A stretch of DNA of 63,971 nucleotides, filler included, from Collodictyon triciliatum (GCA_043381765.1; 10 parts of 10 records of this genome joined end to end with filler, not necessarily neighbours in it); one strand, 5' to 3'. Counted from the whole stretch's first letter, positions 1-25,543 are shown. Numbers and translations are program-made. The notes: a model not told the origin generated them from the letters alone.

Positions 1-138
1 TTTTTTTTTTTTTTTTTTTTTCTTTTTTTTCTTTTTTACTTTTTTTCTTTTTTACTTTTTTACTTTTTATTTTTTTACTTTTTATTTTTTTACTTTTTAT
101 TTTTTTACTTTTTAACTTTTTTACTTTTTACTTACAAG

Positions 139-5681
<5,543 letters not shown>

Positions 5682-5699
5682 AAGGTAGTCGACTTTCAT

Positions 5700-6314
5700 T
5701 GTTTTTTATTTTCATCCTTGCGGTTGAGAAGCTCACATCTCTGTTTGCTGGCCTTCGTTTACATGGGCGCTACTTGGTGGTCGGGTAGCAGAGAGTAGTC
5801 GGTAATCAGCAATTGCATCCTGCGATTTGGCCTGTAGCCTGGGTCTTGTGCTTGCATGAGAGAGACAAGGGGAGGCTGAATCTCTTAATAGGCCTCTTTC
5901 CACATGTCTCTTCTCACAGGGTCTGAGTAATAGAGAACGTGCAGGTGGTGAAGAAAGCTGTTGAGGAAAGAGGTTTGTACGATGTTATTCAGCCTGTTAT
6001 CAGGAATGGGTGGCTGGTTGTTGAATCTTGCTTTGCGTGAGTATGTGCATGCTATCCACGAAGTCAATAGAAAATGGCTCCACATCACTGCCTAGAATGT
6101 TTTTGCCAAACATTATGCCCAGGTATCTGAGTGCGTGGTTTGGGTATTTCCAGTCGATGTTTTCTGGTAGGATTCCACCATCCTGTAGGCCGAATAGGAT
6201 ACCGTCTGTTTCGTTGAAGTTGATTTTACCTCCGACTGCAAGTGTGTATTCTTGCATGCACTTATTTGCCAGGATAGCGCCTTCAGGGGAGCGAAGGATG
6301 AAGGCTGTATCGTC
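5700..6314 (-). mobile_element. Degenerate, internally deleted non-LTR (L1/Tx1-like) retrotransposon fragment
   Basis: Minus strand reads DDTAFIL...YTLAVGGKINFNETDG...LRYLGIMFG (RT xADD, KIN and YLG motifs). It then jumps to the same 3' region as the copy at 12828-13278 and carries an in-frame stop. Confidence 0.8.
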
Positions 6315-6414
6315 NNNNNNNNNNNNNNNNNNNNNNNNNNNNNNNNNNNNNNNNNNNNTTAATTAATTAANNNNNNNNNNNNNNNNNNNNNNNNNNNNNN
6401 NNNNNNNNNNNNNN
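6315..6414. other. Artificial contig linker N44-TTAATTAATTAA-N44; also at 12728, 19137, 25544, 31950, 38357, 44762, 51165 and 57566
   Basis: An identical six-frame-stop spacer recurs every ~6.4 kb, and several genes are truncated at the linkers. Confidence 0.98.
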
Positions 6415-7899
<1,485 letters not shown>

Positions 7900-8844
7900 C
7901 TTAATTCGCGGCGGTGGCCCTCAATCCACCGAAGCAGAAAACATGGGGAAAGATACCGCAACGAACCAACACCCTTGCATAAAAAGATTACATCGCTGCC
8001 CTTGTGTGGTTGTCGAACGCGGATGGAAACCCGTAGAACAGTCTCTACCATATCCGTTTTATATATCTGGAAATTATAGATCTTTACATTTATTATGCTT
8101 ATCCATAACCTTGCAATTGAAATAATTGTCAAACTATAAACGCGATATAATTTGCTGCAAAGATATTAACACACAATTTCACGGGAAAGTCACTGCTCCC
8201 TAACCTGTCACACGCCACAGAAGTTTGGGAATGTGACAAGCAACACTGTGTCCGACATTACTACCAATAATGTTGACAAGCGAGCCAGTGAAGCCAAGAA
8301 AGCCGCCTATATAATGCCGGTTCTTGAGTTACCGCTGATGATGGATGATTGGTTTGATTGCTAGTAAGCATCGGTTCGAAGCGCCGCAGTCATCGTCGCT
8401 GAAGGAGGGAGTGCATCACACTATTGAGGAAAACAGTCGGCTGCATTCGGTGCATCTGCGGATAATCGGGATTTCAGCAGCAGTTAAAAAGGGAGGATAA
8501 AAGAAAGTCAAGACAGGCGCCCGACAGATGCAAAGGACAAAAGAGAGAGATTCTGGATTCTTCAACGGCCGCAACGAAGGAGTCCAAAGATTGAGGCCAG
8601 AGCAGCGAGACAAGGGGAGAGAGGATTCTGTTTGGTGAAGAAGGGCTCGTTGATGTCTTTGGCTCGTGACAAATTTCGTTTGCAATCTGTGCTCCCCTTT
8701 ATTCCCCTCGGATGCATGGATAGGATTCAATCGCAAAGGGAAAGGATTTTCTCCTTTCAATGCCAACAAAAAGGGTGAACGGGGAAGCCAAAGACCAGTG
8801 GAGATTCATGATTCGGAGATTTTGTACTTCTCATCCTTCAGAGT

Positions 8845-9068
8845 AATTTTGTTTTGTTTTGTTTCTATTTCTGTTTGTTTTTGTTTTGTTTTGGTTTGCT
8901 TTGTCTTGTTTTGTTTTGTCTTGTCTTGTTTTGTTTTGTTTTGTTTTGTTTTGTTTTGTTTTGTTTTGTTTTGTTTTGTTTTGTTTTGTTTTGTTTTGTT
9001 TTGTTTTGTTTTGTTTTGTTTTGTTTTGTTTTGTTTTGCTTTGTTTTGTCTTGTCTTGTTTTGTTTGC
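8845..9068 (+). repeat. (TTTTG)n microsatellite
   Basis: Pentamer run upstream of the RRM gene; source of the FCFVL/KQNKT ORFs. Confidence 0.95.
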
Positions 9069-9594
9069 TTCCCAACCGGCTTGCGATCATTTCCTGGTGG
9101 TACACACATGCTCTGTTGGATCGAAGGACACCATAAGTTACCACGCACAGACACTTCTTTATACTCTTCTCTACGAAGCACAAAGGCTTGTGGGCGGTAG
9201 AAGGATCGATTCTTTTCTTATTCGGTTCTCATTCCCCTTTCAACACAATTGTGACAGGCATTTTCGTGTGGCTCGATCGAAGGAACGATCGAATGAGGGT
9301 TTCCACAGAAGCCATGACACCCAGACATAAGGGGCACAAAGCCAAGCTTATTAATGATTCAACTTTTGCTTTTTTGCTGTTTCCTTAGGGTGTCAATGGC
9401 CACGCTCTGAAAATACCATTACAATGCTCTGATTTTCACATGGAATAATACTGTTTTTTTTCCCCTTCATATCTGTATTTTATCTTCTTTTTTTCTTTCG
9501 ATTTTCTTCTACTCAATGGCACCGGTGGTTTTTGGCGTGCCTGGACCAGCTCCTGCTCTCTCACTCACACAATCGTCTTCGCTTCACTCGGACA

Positions 9595-12204
9595 ATGTCG
9601 TATGACTGGTGCAATGTCCTTTGCCGAAATCTGGCAGCAGATATCCTTGATGCAGACCTCTATGCTTTGTTTGTCCCTTATGGCACCATCCTCAGCGCGA
9701 GAGTGATGTGGGACCCCTATTACAACTGCTCGAAGGGTTACGGGTATGCACATATCACCACCATTTCCATCTCGATATATTCGATGAAATCATCGCTCTT
9801 CTCATATGGATGCCGACAGGATGATGTTGAAATATACATCTTAATGTATTTGCGCATGGGAGAATTTAATTACTGACCATTTTTTTTTAAAAAAAATTGA
9901 CACAAAGGATTTAGTATATCGCTTTCATCTAACATAATCTATCTTGAACGTTATGTGTAGATTTGTCCGCTTCTCAACACCTGAGGAGGCCCAAAAAGCA
10001 ATCAGGGGGATGAATAGCCGTTCCATCAGAGGCAAAAACATGGCTTGCTCGGTAAGAAACTATAATTCTGGCATATTCTTTTTCCTACCGATGTAAATGA
10101 ATTCATAAACGATGATATTTTTCTTTGGATATTCCGTTCGTGGTTGATTTTAGCAGGGCTCATCATCTGGAAAACATCCAACATCATGTGACTCTCCATC
10201 CACAGGTTTCTTATGTGCAAGAGGACGAGTCAGACCCACCATCCGATAATCTATACATAAAGTATTTACCCGACCAGGTGGATGACCAAGACCTGATCGA
10301 GATATTCCAGCCTTACGGAACCATTCTCCAATGCAAAGTCATGGTCGATACCCTTACGAAATCCACAAAGAGATTTGGATTTGTCCGGTTCGCTTCATTC
10401 CATCAACTAAACTATCATATTCGGCTGATGCTTTTCTGTATAATTATGAGACAATGCAATAAAAAAAAAAGGTTCTTTTTTGTCTACTGTTTGATCCATC
10501 ATAATCACTTTCGGTAGAATTTAATCACAAATCCCACCAGATTCTCCACTATTGAAGAAGCAACTGAAGCGCGAAAGGCTCTTAATGGAAAATCTGTTTG
10601 CGATTCCCCGTTCTTACTCAACAGTACGATTTTATTGATCCAACAAATACAAAATTGGGTATAAATAATATTAAATTTGATGGGATTCCATCGGTTCAGA
10701 AAGCCATCTGTCAAACTTTGAAGTATAGTTCAAGAAATTTTAAATTTGGGAACACTTTCCTGGACAAATCATATATATTCTCAACAATATTAGTCAAGTT
10801 TGCAGAGACACCAGAACAAAAGGCCCACAGAAAATACAGAAAATTCGTTGAACCACCACTGCGTAAGAGTTATAACGCAATCGAATGATTTGTTATCATC
10901 TTCTAGTTTTCAGCTTGCACCATATGCTCAACATTTACCTGCATCAACCTTAGCTATGGACTATGGGACTGTGAACCCATACAGCAAGGCTGCGTCGTAC
11001 CCTGCCAGCTTCGGAGGATTCATACCTGGCTATACCACCTCAGCTACACCTTTTATTCAAATCACGTACTGCCCGTATCATCCTTATCATCCACATCACC
11101 CCGATCTTATCGAGCAAGTGCCACAAGGTTCGCTATTTTAATTTACTCTAGAGAAATCAGCTCTTCAATTCTTAGTTTCGATGTTAATCACTATGAAATC
11201 ATTTGGTAAAATGGCACAATGCTCTTCTCTATATTTATAAATTGTTTTCTATAGCTGTTCGTAATCACAATCCTTGATAATTTCAACGCCTTGTTTTTCT
11301 TAATCACCAGATTTAGTATTCTATGGAGAGGGCTTTGTTGACGGGAAGCTAGACTACCAGAAACCCAATCGCCTGAGACGACCGAAAAAAAACAGCACTC
11401 GTCCGAATACAGGTCCGCACATTGCAATCTTGTTACACACAAACTATGGAGATTCTCTCTCTAAACCCATTACAATTATTGAGGCAGACATGAATATATT
11501 TCAATATATTTTATGTTATTATTATCTTGCTCCAGTAGTGTGCTATTCAGTTTGATCAATTACCAAGATAAACAAAAATCAATCTACTTCAGGAACTGCA
11601 CGAAATTCGGCTCCGTCATCAAACCTTTTTGCCTTTCATATTCCGACCAGCATCGAAAAGCACGAGATTGAAGACCTCTTTGCTCGCTATGGCGAATTGA
11701 AGTCTCTAAATGTATGAGCACTTTCACCAACACTTATCCAGTTTTGCAGCAAACGTGTCACTCAAGCCCTTTCATCTAATTTAGCTCCCGATGGATAAAG
11801 GCATGAAGAAGTCCAAAGGCTACGCGTTCGTGTCGTATGTGCGCCTGTAAGTGGCTCTGTTGCCTCCAATTTTATTAATACTTTCCTTTGCTCGCTTCCT
11901 CTATACGAATTAGAATCCAACCCACCCACTTTATCCTGCGATTGTTTCTAACACACCACCCGTTTCTGAAGTGCAATACCCCACGTTTCTTTTTTCTTCT
12001 TCTTCATATATCCTCATATCACCTTCCATTTGGGCACCCTTTAAATCGCTTCATACTTTTTCCATGACATCACAATTTGGCAGGGAGGACGCTATCGAAG
12101 CCCGCAACTCCTTGGACAACTACGCGCTTGGGCCAAACCATATACGAGTCGACTTTAACCAAGAATCACAGACACCACCAGAAAATCCTCTGATAAATCC
12201 GTGA
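9595..12204 (+). CDS. RNA-binding protein with three RRM domains (ELAV/Sxl-like layout); about 10 exons
   Basis: RRM1 NVLCRNL...SKGYG|FVRF; RRM2 NLYIKYLP...KRFGFVR|FSTIEEA; Pro/Tyr-rich linker; RRM3 KLFAFHIP...KSKGYAFVSY...IRVDF. Confidence 0.85.
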
Positions 12205-12827
12205 TGCAATCATGCCAACCTGGCCACTGGCCGAAGGCTGCTGCAGCTGCTCTCTTTACTTTATCTCCAAACCCGCAACGCCAAGCCAACCAGATGCAGT
12301 ACAGTTAAATAAAGCAAAAGCTTGATTCCCGACTGCACCCTCTACCAACGAATACTTCCAATCGAAGACAAAAGATTGTGTGTTGCCACGCTCGAAAGTG
12401 GTGGCGCAATTGTGGTTCATTACTTTTTATGTGTGTTGTGGACATCAAACTTCCGAAGCTGGAAAATAATCCAACTCACGAGGTGTCAACACGGATACGA
12501 AGATATGCCTTTTCGCGGCTTGCGGCTTGTCGTTTGTTCGTATAATGGGCTGGGCGGATGTGCGGCTGTTATCCCGACAGGCTTATTGCGTGCATCTTTT
12601 ATGAAGGAACGCATGGTTAATTATTCGATTCCTATAAAAACCAAAACCCAAGAAAAAACCAAAAAACCAAAAAACCAAAAAACCAAAAAACCAAAAAACC
12701 AAAAAACCAAAAAACCAAAAAACCAAANNNNNNNNNNNNNNNNNNNNNNNNNNNNNNNNNNNNNNNNNNNNTTAATTAATTAANNNNNNNNNNNNNNNNN
12801 NNNNNNNNNNNNNNNNNNNNNNNNNNN

Positions 12828-13278
12828 ATATTTGGGCCTCTGCAACAGCTGCGTCCAGATGCAAAAACATTCTGGGCAGTGACGCGAGGCCATTTGCTAT
12901 GGACTATGTGGATAGTGCGCATATACCCACGCAAAGCAAGACTCAACAACCAGCCACCCATTCCTGATGACAGGCGGAATGACATCATACAAATATCTTT
13001 CCTTAACAGCTTCCTTCGCCACCTGCACGTTCTCTCCTACTCAGACCCTGTGAGAAGAGACATGTGGAAAGAAGCTGAGAAAGATATTCAACCTCGCCTT
13101 GTATCTCTCATGCAAGCACAAGACCCAGGCTACAGGCCAAAGTGTCGGATACAATCCGTGATTACCGACTACTTCTCCCCCAACCAGCCACCAAGTAGCG
13201 TTAGTGCAACCGATGGCTAGCGAACCAAGGCAAATAACTCCATCTCGCACAACATTGAAAGGAAAATGAAAAAAAAAA
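12828..13278 (+). mobile_element. 3' end of a non-LTR retrotransposon (ORF2 C-terminus, short 3' UTR, A-tail); same family as 5700-6314
   Basis: KTFWAVTRGHLLWTMWIVR...NNQPPIPD...SFLNSFLRHLHVLSYSDPVRRDMWKEA aligns by eye with the minus-strand copy; A10 tract at 13269-13278. Confidence 0.75.
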
Positions 13279-13809
13279 CTGCTGGCTTGTTAATTCTTTT
13301 TTATCGCAACCCACCCCAAAGTTTTCTCAATACCGAAAGCCGACATTTTAGCCTTTGCAGCGCCGCTTGCAGCATTCAACCGGAACTGGGTGGCTGTGAA
13401 CTGCCAAGGTGGAATGGTAGCTTTTTCGAGATACAAAGTGGTATAATAGACCAAAAGTTGCACACGTTAGAGTCGTGTCTGGCAACCGGAAGGTGTGCGA
13501 TGAAAACTACTATAAATTCCAAAATTTAATAAATCATGAAACTAATTGATTGGACCAAACACCCGGGTCTTCAGAAATCCAGATCATTTGAACCCACACC
13601 GTTCACAGACGAATCAGCCTTTTGCTTCTCTTGTGCGCAGACATCGGCCGCAGCAAGTGATGATCCCCTCGCGGTGTAAAAAACACTGCCCGAGCGCTTT
13701 TTTTCTTCTTCTTCTGCGTTTCTCTCTGTGCTATTGATCAGCAAACTCTCTGTCCTTTTCTTCTTATTTCGCAGCACAGCACTCAAGGAACGATCGCCAA
13801 GCAGACTCG

Positions 13810-18890
<5,081 letters not shown>

Positions 18891-19031
18891 GTTCATTTTC
18901 ATTTTATTTTGTCAAAGTCTTTCGATTCATCTAGAAGTAACACTTCGCTTAGTCGCTTCCATTTATCACAGAGAAGTATAATCACGACTAACCTTGTGCA
19001 CATTGATTAAGGTCACTAACACTTTTTCCGT

Positions 19032-19135
<104 letters not shown>

Positions 19136-19420
19136 TNNNNNNNNNNNNNNNNNNNNNNNNNNNNNNNNNNNNNNNNNNNNTTAATTAATTAANNNNNNNN
19201 NNNNNNNNNNNNNNNNNNNNNNNNNNNNNNNNNNNNAAGAAAAGAAAAGAAAAGAAAAGAAAAGAAAAGAAAAGAAAAGAAAAGAAAAGAAAAGAAAAGA
19301 AAAGAAAAGAAAAGAAAAGAAAAGAAAAGAAAAGAACACATTCATACCCGTATTCGCTTCGCTATTCCACTATGATTAGCTCCATACGCTTCTTAAACAG
19401 ATCTTTATATTATGCTGTAG

Positions 19421-20174
19421 CCAAAAGTTCAAACAGTTCGCCCGAATACCGCACCAGCGCAGACGAGAGTGACAAACATCCAAGCAAAGAAGCAAAATGC
19501 GCCGTTGTCGCAAAAAGCATCAGCGCTGGTTACCAGCCTAACGCAGACCAAACCATTAACCAATACAGGGACAACCACAACCACAGCCACAACCACAGCC
19601 ACAACCACAGCCACTGCACGAACAGCAGACACAACACCACAGTCCAGCATCATCAGTGTTATTCAAAATATGAAAAAGAACGAAGGCATCGAAATACTCA
19701 AACAGGTCGACATGAACCCGACTGCCTAAGCTCACCTTTTTTCTTTCAAACTGACGCATACATTTTCCTTCTCTATGCACGCAAATCGTATTATTTTCAA
19801 ACTCAGCCGAAGCGTATCATTTGAGTGCTTGCACACATGCACACTTACATTCATATTATTTGTAGATATCAGAGTACTATGGAATCCGCATCACCATCCA
19901 TGACAACGAAGAGACCACTGACCCACCCTCGCGGAGTGCAGCACCCCCTGCAGATTCCAACAGCACGCTGAAGGCAGTTCTGACCAATGTTGGAAACGAC
20001 CGCAAACGACGAGCAGACGCCACAGAGGCCGAGCAGACCAACCCGCCCGAGTCCGGCTTCACTGCCCGCGGGTTGCGCCCCAGGATGAGCGTAGGAGCGC
20101 AGCCGGAGTCTCGAGCAGGCGGATTCCAGCGTATCCTCCACTCGCATCTGCCAGATATGAACCAGACATATTAG
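19421..20174 (+). CDS. Last two exons of an unidentified low-complexity (Thr-rich) protein, 5' partial
   Basis: Exon 19421-~19705 (...TTTATTTAT...EGIEILKQ) joins in frame across a GT..AG intron to ISEYYGIRITIHDNEE...DMNQTY* (TAG 20172-20174). Confidence 0.6.
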
Positions 20175-20653
20175 CGGGCCCATTCGACAATGTCACCTCA
20201 TTCGAAGTGGGCTGCACGACTTGAAGGATTCTTTGAGATACTGAGTGTCATGAGTAGGGACAAATAAATAAGATAATTGATTAAAATGATAAAGTGTCCA
20301 TTATCGCGCACCAGGCATAACAGGGTCTTGATGCACTCGTGCGAATGAATCTCAAAATGAAAATACTCAGCGATATGATATGATGTATATATTTAAATCA
20401 TAGTAGTTAGGCGAGAGATGAGGCGGTGACATCTATTGGAGAGACCAATACAGAATCACAAACAAGTTAGGAGATATAATGATAATGATAATGAATAATT
20501 ATGTTGATGCACAAAGGAAAAAGGGGTCGGGCAGCTTTTGAAAGAGAGAAGCGACTCAATCATGCCAGACATAGGCATCTGATTGGGACTTTACAGCTAT
20601 ACCGCCATTTTTATATTCAACCCGTCCACCCGACAATCGAACCAACGCATCTA

Positions 20654-23600
20654 TTAGGCCGGTTCTGAATGGATGCGAAACTCATGCACGACGCGATACG
20701 GACGCTCGGTGCCAGGATAATTGAGAGCGCAGCGCGCATCAACAGGGACAATGACATCAGCAGGGTCGGGAAGCGAGTTTGCGGCTTGGGAAAAGGCGGG
20801 AGTCAAAGGCGGGGAGTGGTGATGGTAGTGGTTTTGCTGCTGTGTCGTATGGTCGGATTGCGTGCTCAGCGCGTCCGTGTGATGAATCGCAGACCGTCTC
20901 GTTCCATCGTATCCAACACTATCCTCATGAGCTTCATAGGCCACACGTTTGTGCAGGGTTGGTGGCGCAGATGAAAGTCCTGCGGCGACAGACTTCCGCT
21001 GGTGCCGAGCATTCCGGCCGTGGACTCTGCGCGCTTCTGGGGCCGGAATCTCCTCGGCCGGCGGCGCAAAGTCCACCAGAAGCTTCTTCATAACAAGCAG
21101 CTCATCGGCCGACCGCGCCTCCATGTCGTACTGGTCGGCATTGACCACCAGCGAGAAGCGCTTTGGATGAACAGGGTCTGCTTGGAAGCGCACCTTACTC
21201 AGCGGGGCCTTGCACTCGGTCTTGTTGCCCTTGCGTAATTTCACCCGCACGCCTCGAAGCACGACCAGCTTGCGCTCGCGTCCGCGGTTGCCGTCGATGT
21301 AGCACACAAACTCGCTCATGTAGTAGTCTCCATCATCGGGTCCGTGGCCAGAGTCCAGCGTGCTTGGGTCTCCAGACGAAGACGACATGCTGGAGAATGC
21401 AGCGCCCTTGGGAGTGGCTGCAGGTCGGGACGTTGAGTCGTCTCCAATCTCGGAAGAAGCCGGCTCGTCCTCTGTGTCCACATGAGCAGCTGACATGGCT
21501 TGAAAGATTCGGTGCAAAACATCGCGCAGCCCGGGCGACGTGCATCCCAGATTCAGGCTCTGCTTCTTGGAGCCTGGGAATACGACTCGGAACCCTGTGG
21601 GCTCTGTCTGACTCAGCTCCATCATTGGCTTGCTTATCCAGGGCTCTTTCAGCACAGTCTTGCCACTCTTTTGCAGCTTCACTTTGCTGAGCGTGCAACG
21701 CACTGTCCATGAACCTCCCAGTTTGTCGATGTTGAGGACGGGGATGCCGACGGAAAAGGCCTTTGCCTGGAAGTGGAGCTCGTGCGGATACTCTTTGGCT
21801 CCACTGCCCTTCATCCAGCTGGCTATGGCCTGGCAGATTGCAAAGGTAGATCCAAGATACTCTGCAAGCTCGCTCTTGACTGCAAGTTGCAGCGGCGTCG
21901 TGCGACTTGAGTCCTCGTCTTCCAATCGTGCACCCAGCTTCAACAGAATGGCTGTGGCCTCAGGAGACGCTCCAGCGACGGCTGCGTGCAGCGGAGTTGA
22001 GTTTACAGCAAGCCGCTTGGTAGGAGCCGTGGTTCGGCTGTGGATACTGACTCCACTCTCCACCAATTGCCGGATTAGGGGACTCATGTTTGTGAATGCA
22101 GCCAGATGCAAGGCAGTCATCCCGCATTGGTCTGCAACATGGACACTGGCACCTTTCTGGATAAGCAGCTCGGCCAGATTCTCGCTGCCATATGCAAGAG
22201 CGAGAAGAAGTGGCGTTCGTTGCAGATGGTCCCGGCCGTCGATGGAGAGCCCTTGGTCTAGCAGGTACTGGACAATGCCTGGAACTCCCTCTATGCTTGC
22301 CCAGTGCAGGCATGAGCGCTTCAGGTCGTCCAGTTCATAAAGTCCTTCTTTGCTCACTCCGCACAGAGTTTGCAGACAAGCCAGTTTCCCTTTCGATGCT
22401 GCGCATTGGTATGGCGTGATTCCAAACTTACCCGGTGATGTTGGGGAGAGACCCGCCTCGATTAGATAAGGGATAAGTTGTTCTTGTCCCTGGAAACATG
22501 TGTGATGGAGAGCATTCCAGTCATCGTTATCTTTGAGGTCGGCCTGTGCTCCATTTTCGAGCAGAAACTTACACGCTTCGACATATCCGTTCATGGCGAC
22601 AAGCATTAATGGGGTTGTGCTCTTTGCATCTCGCTCGTTGATATCAGTCCCGTAGCGAAGAAGCACTTTCATGGCAGTCATGTTGCCTCGCTCTGCAGCC
22701 CAGACAAACGGCGCACTCCCATCCATGTCTCGATAGCGCAACATTGCTTTTGTTAACTTGGTGTCGCTGAGCAGTGCATTTATGGTGTCTTCTTGGCCCT
22801 TGAATACAGCCCAATGTAATGGGATGGTTTTCTGGTTGTTGGGAACGAGTGGGTTTGCTTTTACGCTGAGCAGATACTTGACGATATCTGTATGTCCTTC
22901 TTTGCAAGCATAGTGCAAGGCAGTGAACCCATTTTCGTCTTGGTCATTCACAGCCCCGCCCATCTCCAGGGCAAACCGCAATTCTGCTATTCGATTCGAA
23001 CCTGCAAGCCATATAACCACAGTTCTTTTTCCATGGTCTCTGGCGTTGATTTTTGCACCGAGTGATATCAAAATCCTTGCAGCTTCTAGGTGCCCACTAT
23101 TTTCATAGAATAATTTGGTTGATGACTTCATTCTCATAGCATACGAATAGAAAAGAGAGTAAACAAAAGAATAAAAAAAATACCAATAAAAACAATTGAG
23201 CTTCATCATTTACCTTAGCAAGCATCTGATGAGAGCGGTATTCCCATTATTTGGATTAGTGACATCTACAGGAACTCCAAGCTTAACTAAAAGTGCAAGA
23301 CACCTGGATGCACCAAATGCAGCGGCCCGGTGCAAAAGTGAGTGCTGGCCACTTTCCACAGAAGAGAGTTTGTCATGGAGGGTAAGTAAGTAATAGAAAC
23401 TGTCGACGTCGTCGCATTGGATAGACACATGGACTACTCTTTGACCGTTAGATGCATGTACCTTCAAATCTTGTCCACATTCCGTGAAATACTTTAGCAT
23501 GTGAGTATGCATATGCCGCGCAGCTGTGATGATAGGCGAAACACCATTGAAGTCCACCATCTTGAAGGGAAGGTTCTATCAAAGAGTAAAGAATTAGTTT

Positions 23601-24452
23601 ACAATTTGGTGGAAGTGTTTGAATCCAATTGTGAATCAAGCAAATAGCAGCATCCGCGTATGCATTCGCATTAAGTCACTATACCGATTCACGGGGATTC
23701 AGCTCCTTCATCCGATTCGATAGTGTATGGAAACATCCTATCGAACCAGCTGCCGAAGCGCAATGAAAAGCCGAATATCCATGTATTTGTCTGGACAAAT
23801 GAGATGCCTGGGTATATTTGATAATCATTTGAAGTGAATCCACTTTGTCATGCGCTGCCAGCAAGTGTAAAAGGTCGCAGTGGAGATACTCCTCAAAAAG
23901 GTCTGAAGGGTAGAATGGATGTTAGCAACTGTTTCTAGTCTTGAAACGCTGGATAAAGACAAGGATAAAGAATAGTAGAAGATCCACAAAAGACGGAGCT
24001 GTACCTTTTGGTGCATTACTGCCTGTAGACTGAATCAGAACGTCGAGATGATCCAAAGCAGCGATGAGAAAAGGCGTGTTTCCAAATAATGCAGCTCGAT
24101 CGAGCGGGCGGAATCCTAAGGAATCCGGACGAAAGAGCAACGCGGCTGCCGAGCGGACACCAAAGATCGAAGTGAAAAACTGAGGAGCCAAGAGATCCAA
24201 GGCCGGGTCTGTATTTTCCGCGGCAGAAGACGCAATTGCGAGAGTGGCGTGGACCAACGTATGGAGTTTGTTGAAGCCGTGGGGCTCGGGGATAAACTCT
24301 AGAAAAGCGTTTGCTTCTGTGGCTTTGAGCGACCCATTCTTTTGAAGCTTGGAATAAGGGATATCCTGGCGAGACAAGAGCACAGGCGGCTGAGGCGGGA
24401 GGGCAAAGAGCTCAAGCGGAAGACGCGCGATCGCTTTCTTCTGGGAGCCCAT
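20654..24452 (-). CDS. Large ankyrin-repeat protein with C-terminal PH-like region(s); 4 exons
   Basis: Many ankyrin motifs (GFTALHYACKEGHTDIVKYLL, TTPLMLVAMNGYVEACKFLL, RTPLLLALAYGSENLAELLI, GMTALHLAAFTN). Exons join in frame: APK|DLFEEY, RES|NLPFK, CLL|SGHLE. The C-terminal beta-rich segments ending in a helix (YDMEARSADELLVMKKLL) suggest a PH fold, which is inference. Confidence 0.88.
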
Positions 24453-25406
24453 AGTGCTGCTTCACTGGATGGAGACCAAAGGGACAAAAGAAAGAGAAAG
24501 GGAAATAAATAGGAAATGAAGAGGCGTTTTGGACCGAGAGAAAAGCTCTGCCTGGCTATGTGGGAGTGACTTGGAGGAAAACAGAGTTCAGGCACTTTGT
24601 TTTTCTTTTGGCTTTTTCCCCCGCCTTTTTTCCTTTTTCCTTCTGGTGTGGCGGTGAGAACCTTCGGTCAAGCCGAGAGACCTGTACTGAGGGGTTGTGT
24701 TATCATAAAGGGAGAGCTCTCTGCTTGGCCAAAACAGCCCTCAAACGGACGAAACAAGGATAAAAGCGGGTGCCGCACAGTGGTTTGTTCGCCAGCTTTT
24801 TTGATTCATCAGGCTGGGATAAACAAACAAACAACAAAAAAGGACGTGGTGATGTGGGACGACTTTGCAAAGTGCTTCTTTCTCTGCCCCAGTGCACTAA
24901 GGACGAACCTGAAGTGTCAGTTAACGGCTCGACAGAGAGGAGGAGCAAAAGAATGCCATTCATATTTGAGAAATGTATATGCATTGAAATTTGCAACATA
25001 TATGATAATTTGAATTGATTGAATTTTTTGAATTATACTTAGTCTTTTCATATAATAATATTTTAAATTCCACAAATATATTTTTCTTTGTTTCTGTGTG
25101 GTTACTTGAAGAAGAAAGGGTGTGCATATTCGATTTCTGGCATGTCGAATATCGGTTATGGGAAAGCAACAGCCTCACAAACATCCTCTGCGCGCAATAT
25201 TTGAGGGGACGAAGAAACCAAAAAAAAGAAGACGAAGTAAAAACAAAACCAAAAAAACATAAGCCCGATTCCAGGAAAAAAAAACCACCAAAAGAATTTC
25301 AGATGGGTAATCAAAAGTAATTATTGTCAGGATTACATCCTCACTTACCACATATCCGAATACTCGAAGCTTCAGAGACAGTCACAGCAGAAAAGGGCGA
25401 ATTCAA

Positions 25407-25543
25407 AATAAACATAACAATAAACATAACAATAAACATAACAATAAACATAACAATAAACATAACAATAAACATAACAATAAACATAACAATAAACATA
25501 ACAATAAACATAACAATAAACATAACAATAAACATAACAATAA
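25407..25543 (+). repeat. 12-bp tandem repeat (ATAAACATAACA)n at a contig end
   Basis: About 11 perfect units running into the linker. Confidence 0.9.

Noticed and set aside
6359..6370. TTAATTAATTAA palindrome recurring every ~6.4 kb
   Set aside because: It is always embedded in N runs and is an artificial six-frame-stop linker, not a biological periodic element.
8666..9330. Low-complexity ORFs (FCFVL, KQNKT, poly-I/N/F, ICIC, NITI) here and elsewhere
   Set aside because: They are translations of microsatellites in introns, UTRs or contig ends.
19869..20183. Minus-strand 104-aa ORF as an extra exon of the ankyrin gene
   Set aside because: The ankyrin frame ends with TAA TAG at about 20654. 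The region is better explained as the plus-strand terminal exon of the 19421-20174 gene.
25407..25543. 12-bp repeat at a contig end as a telomere
   Set aside because: It lacks the G/C-run pattern of telomeric repeats, and other contigs end in different simple repeats, indicating assembly breaks.
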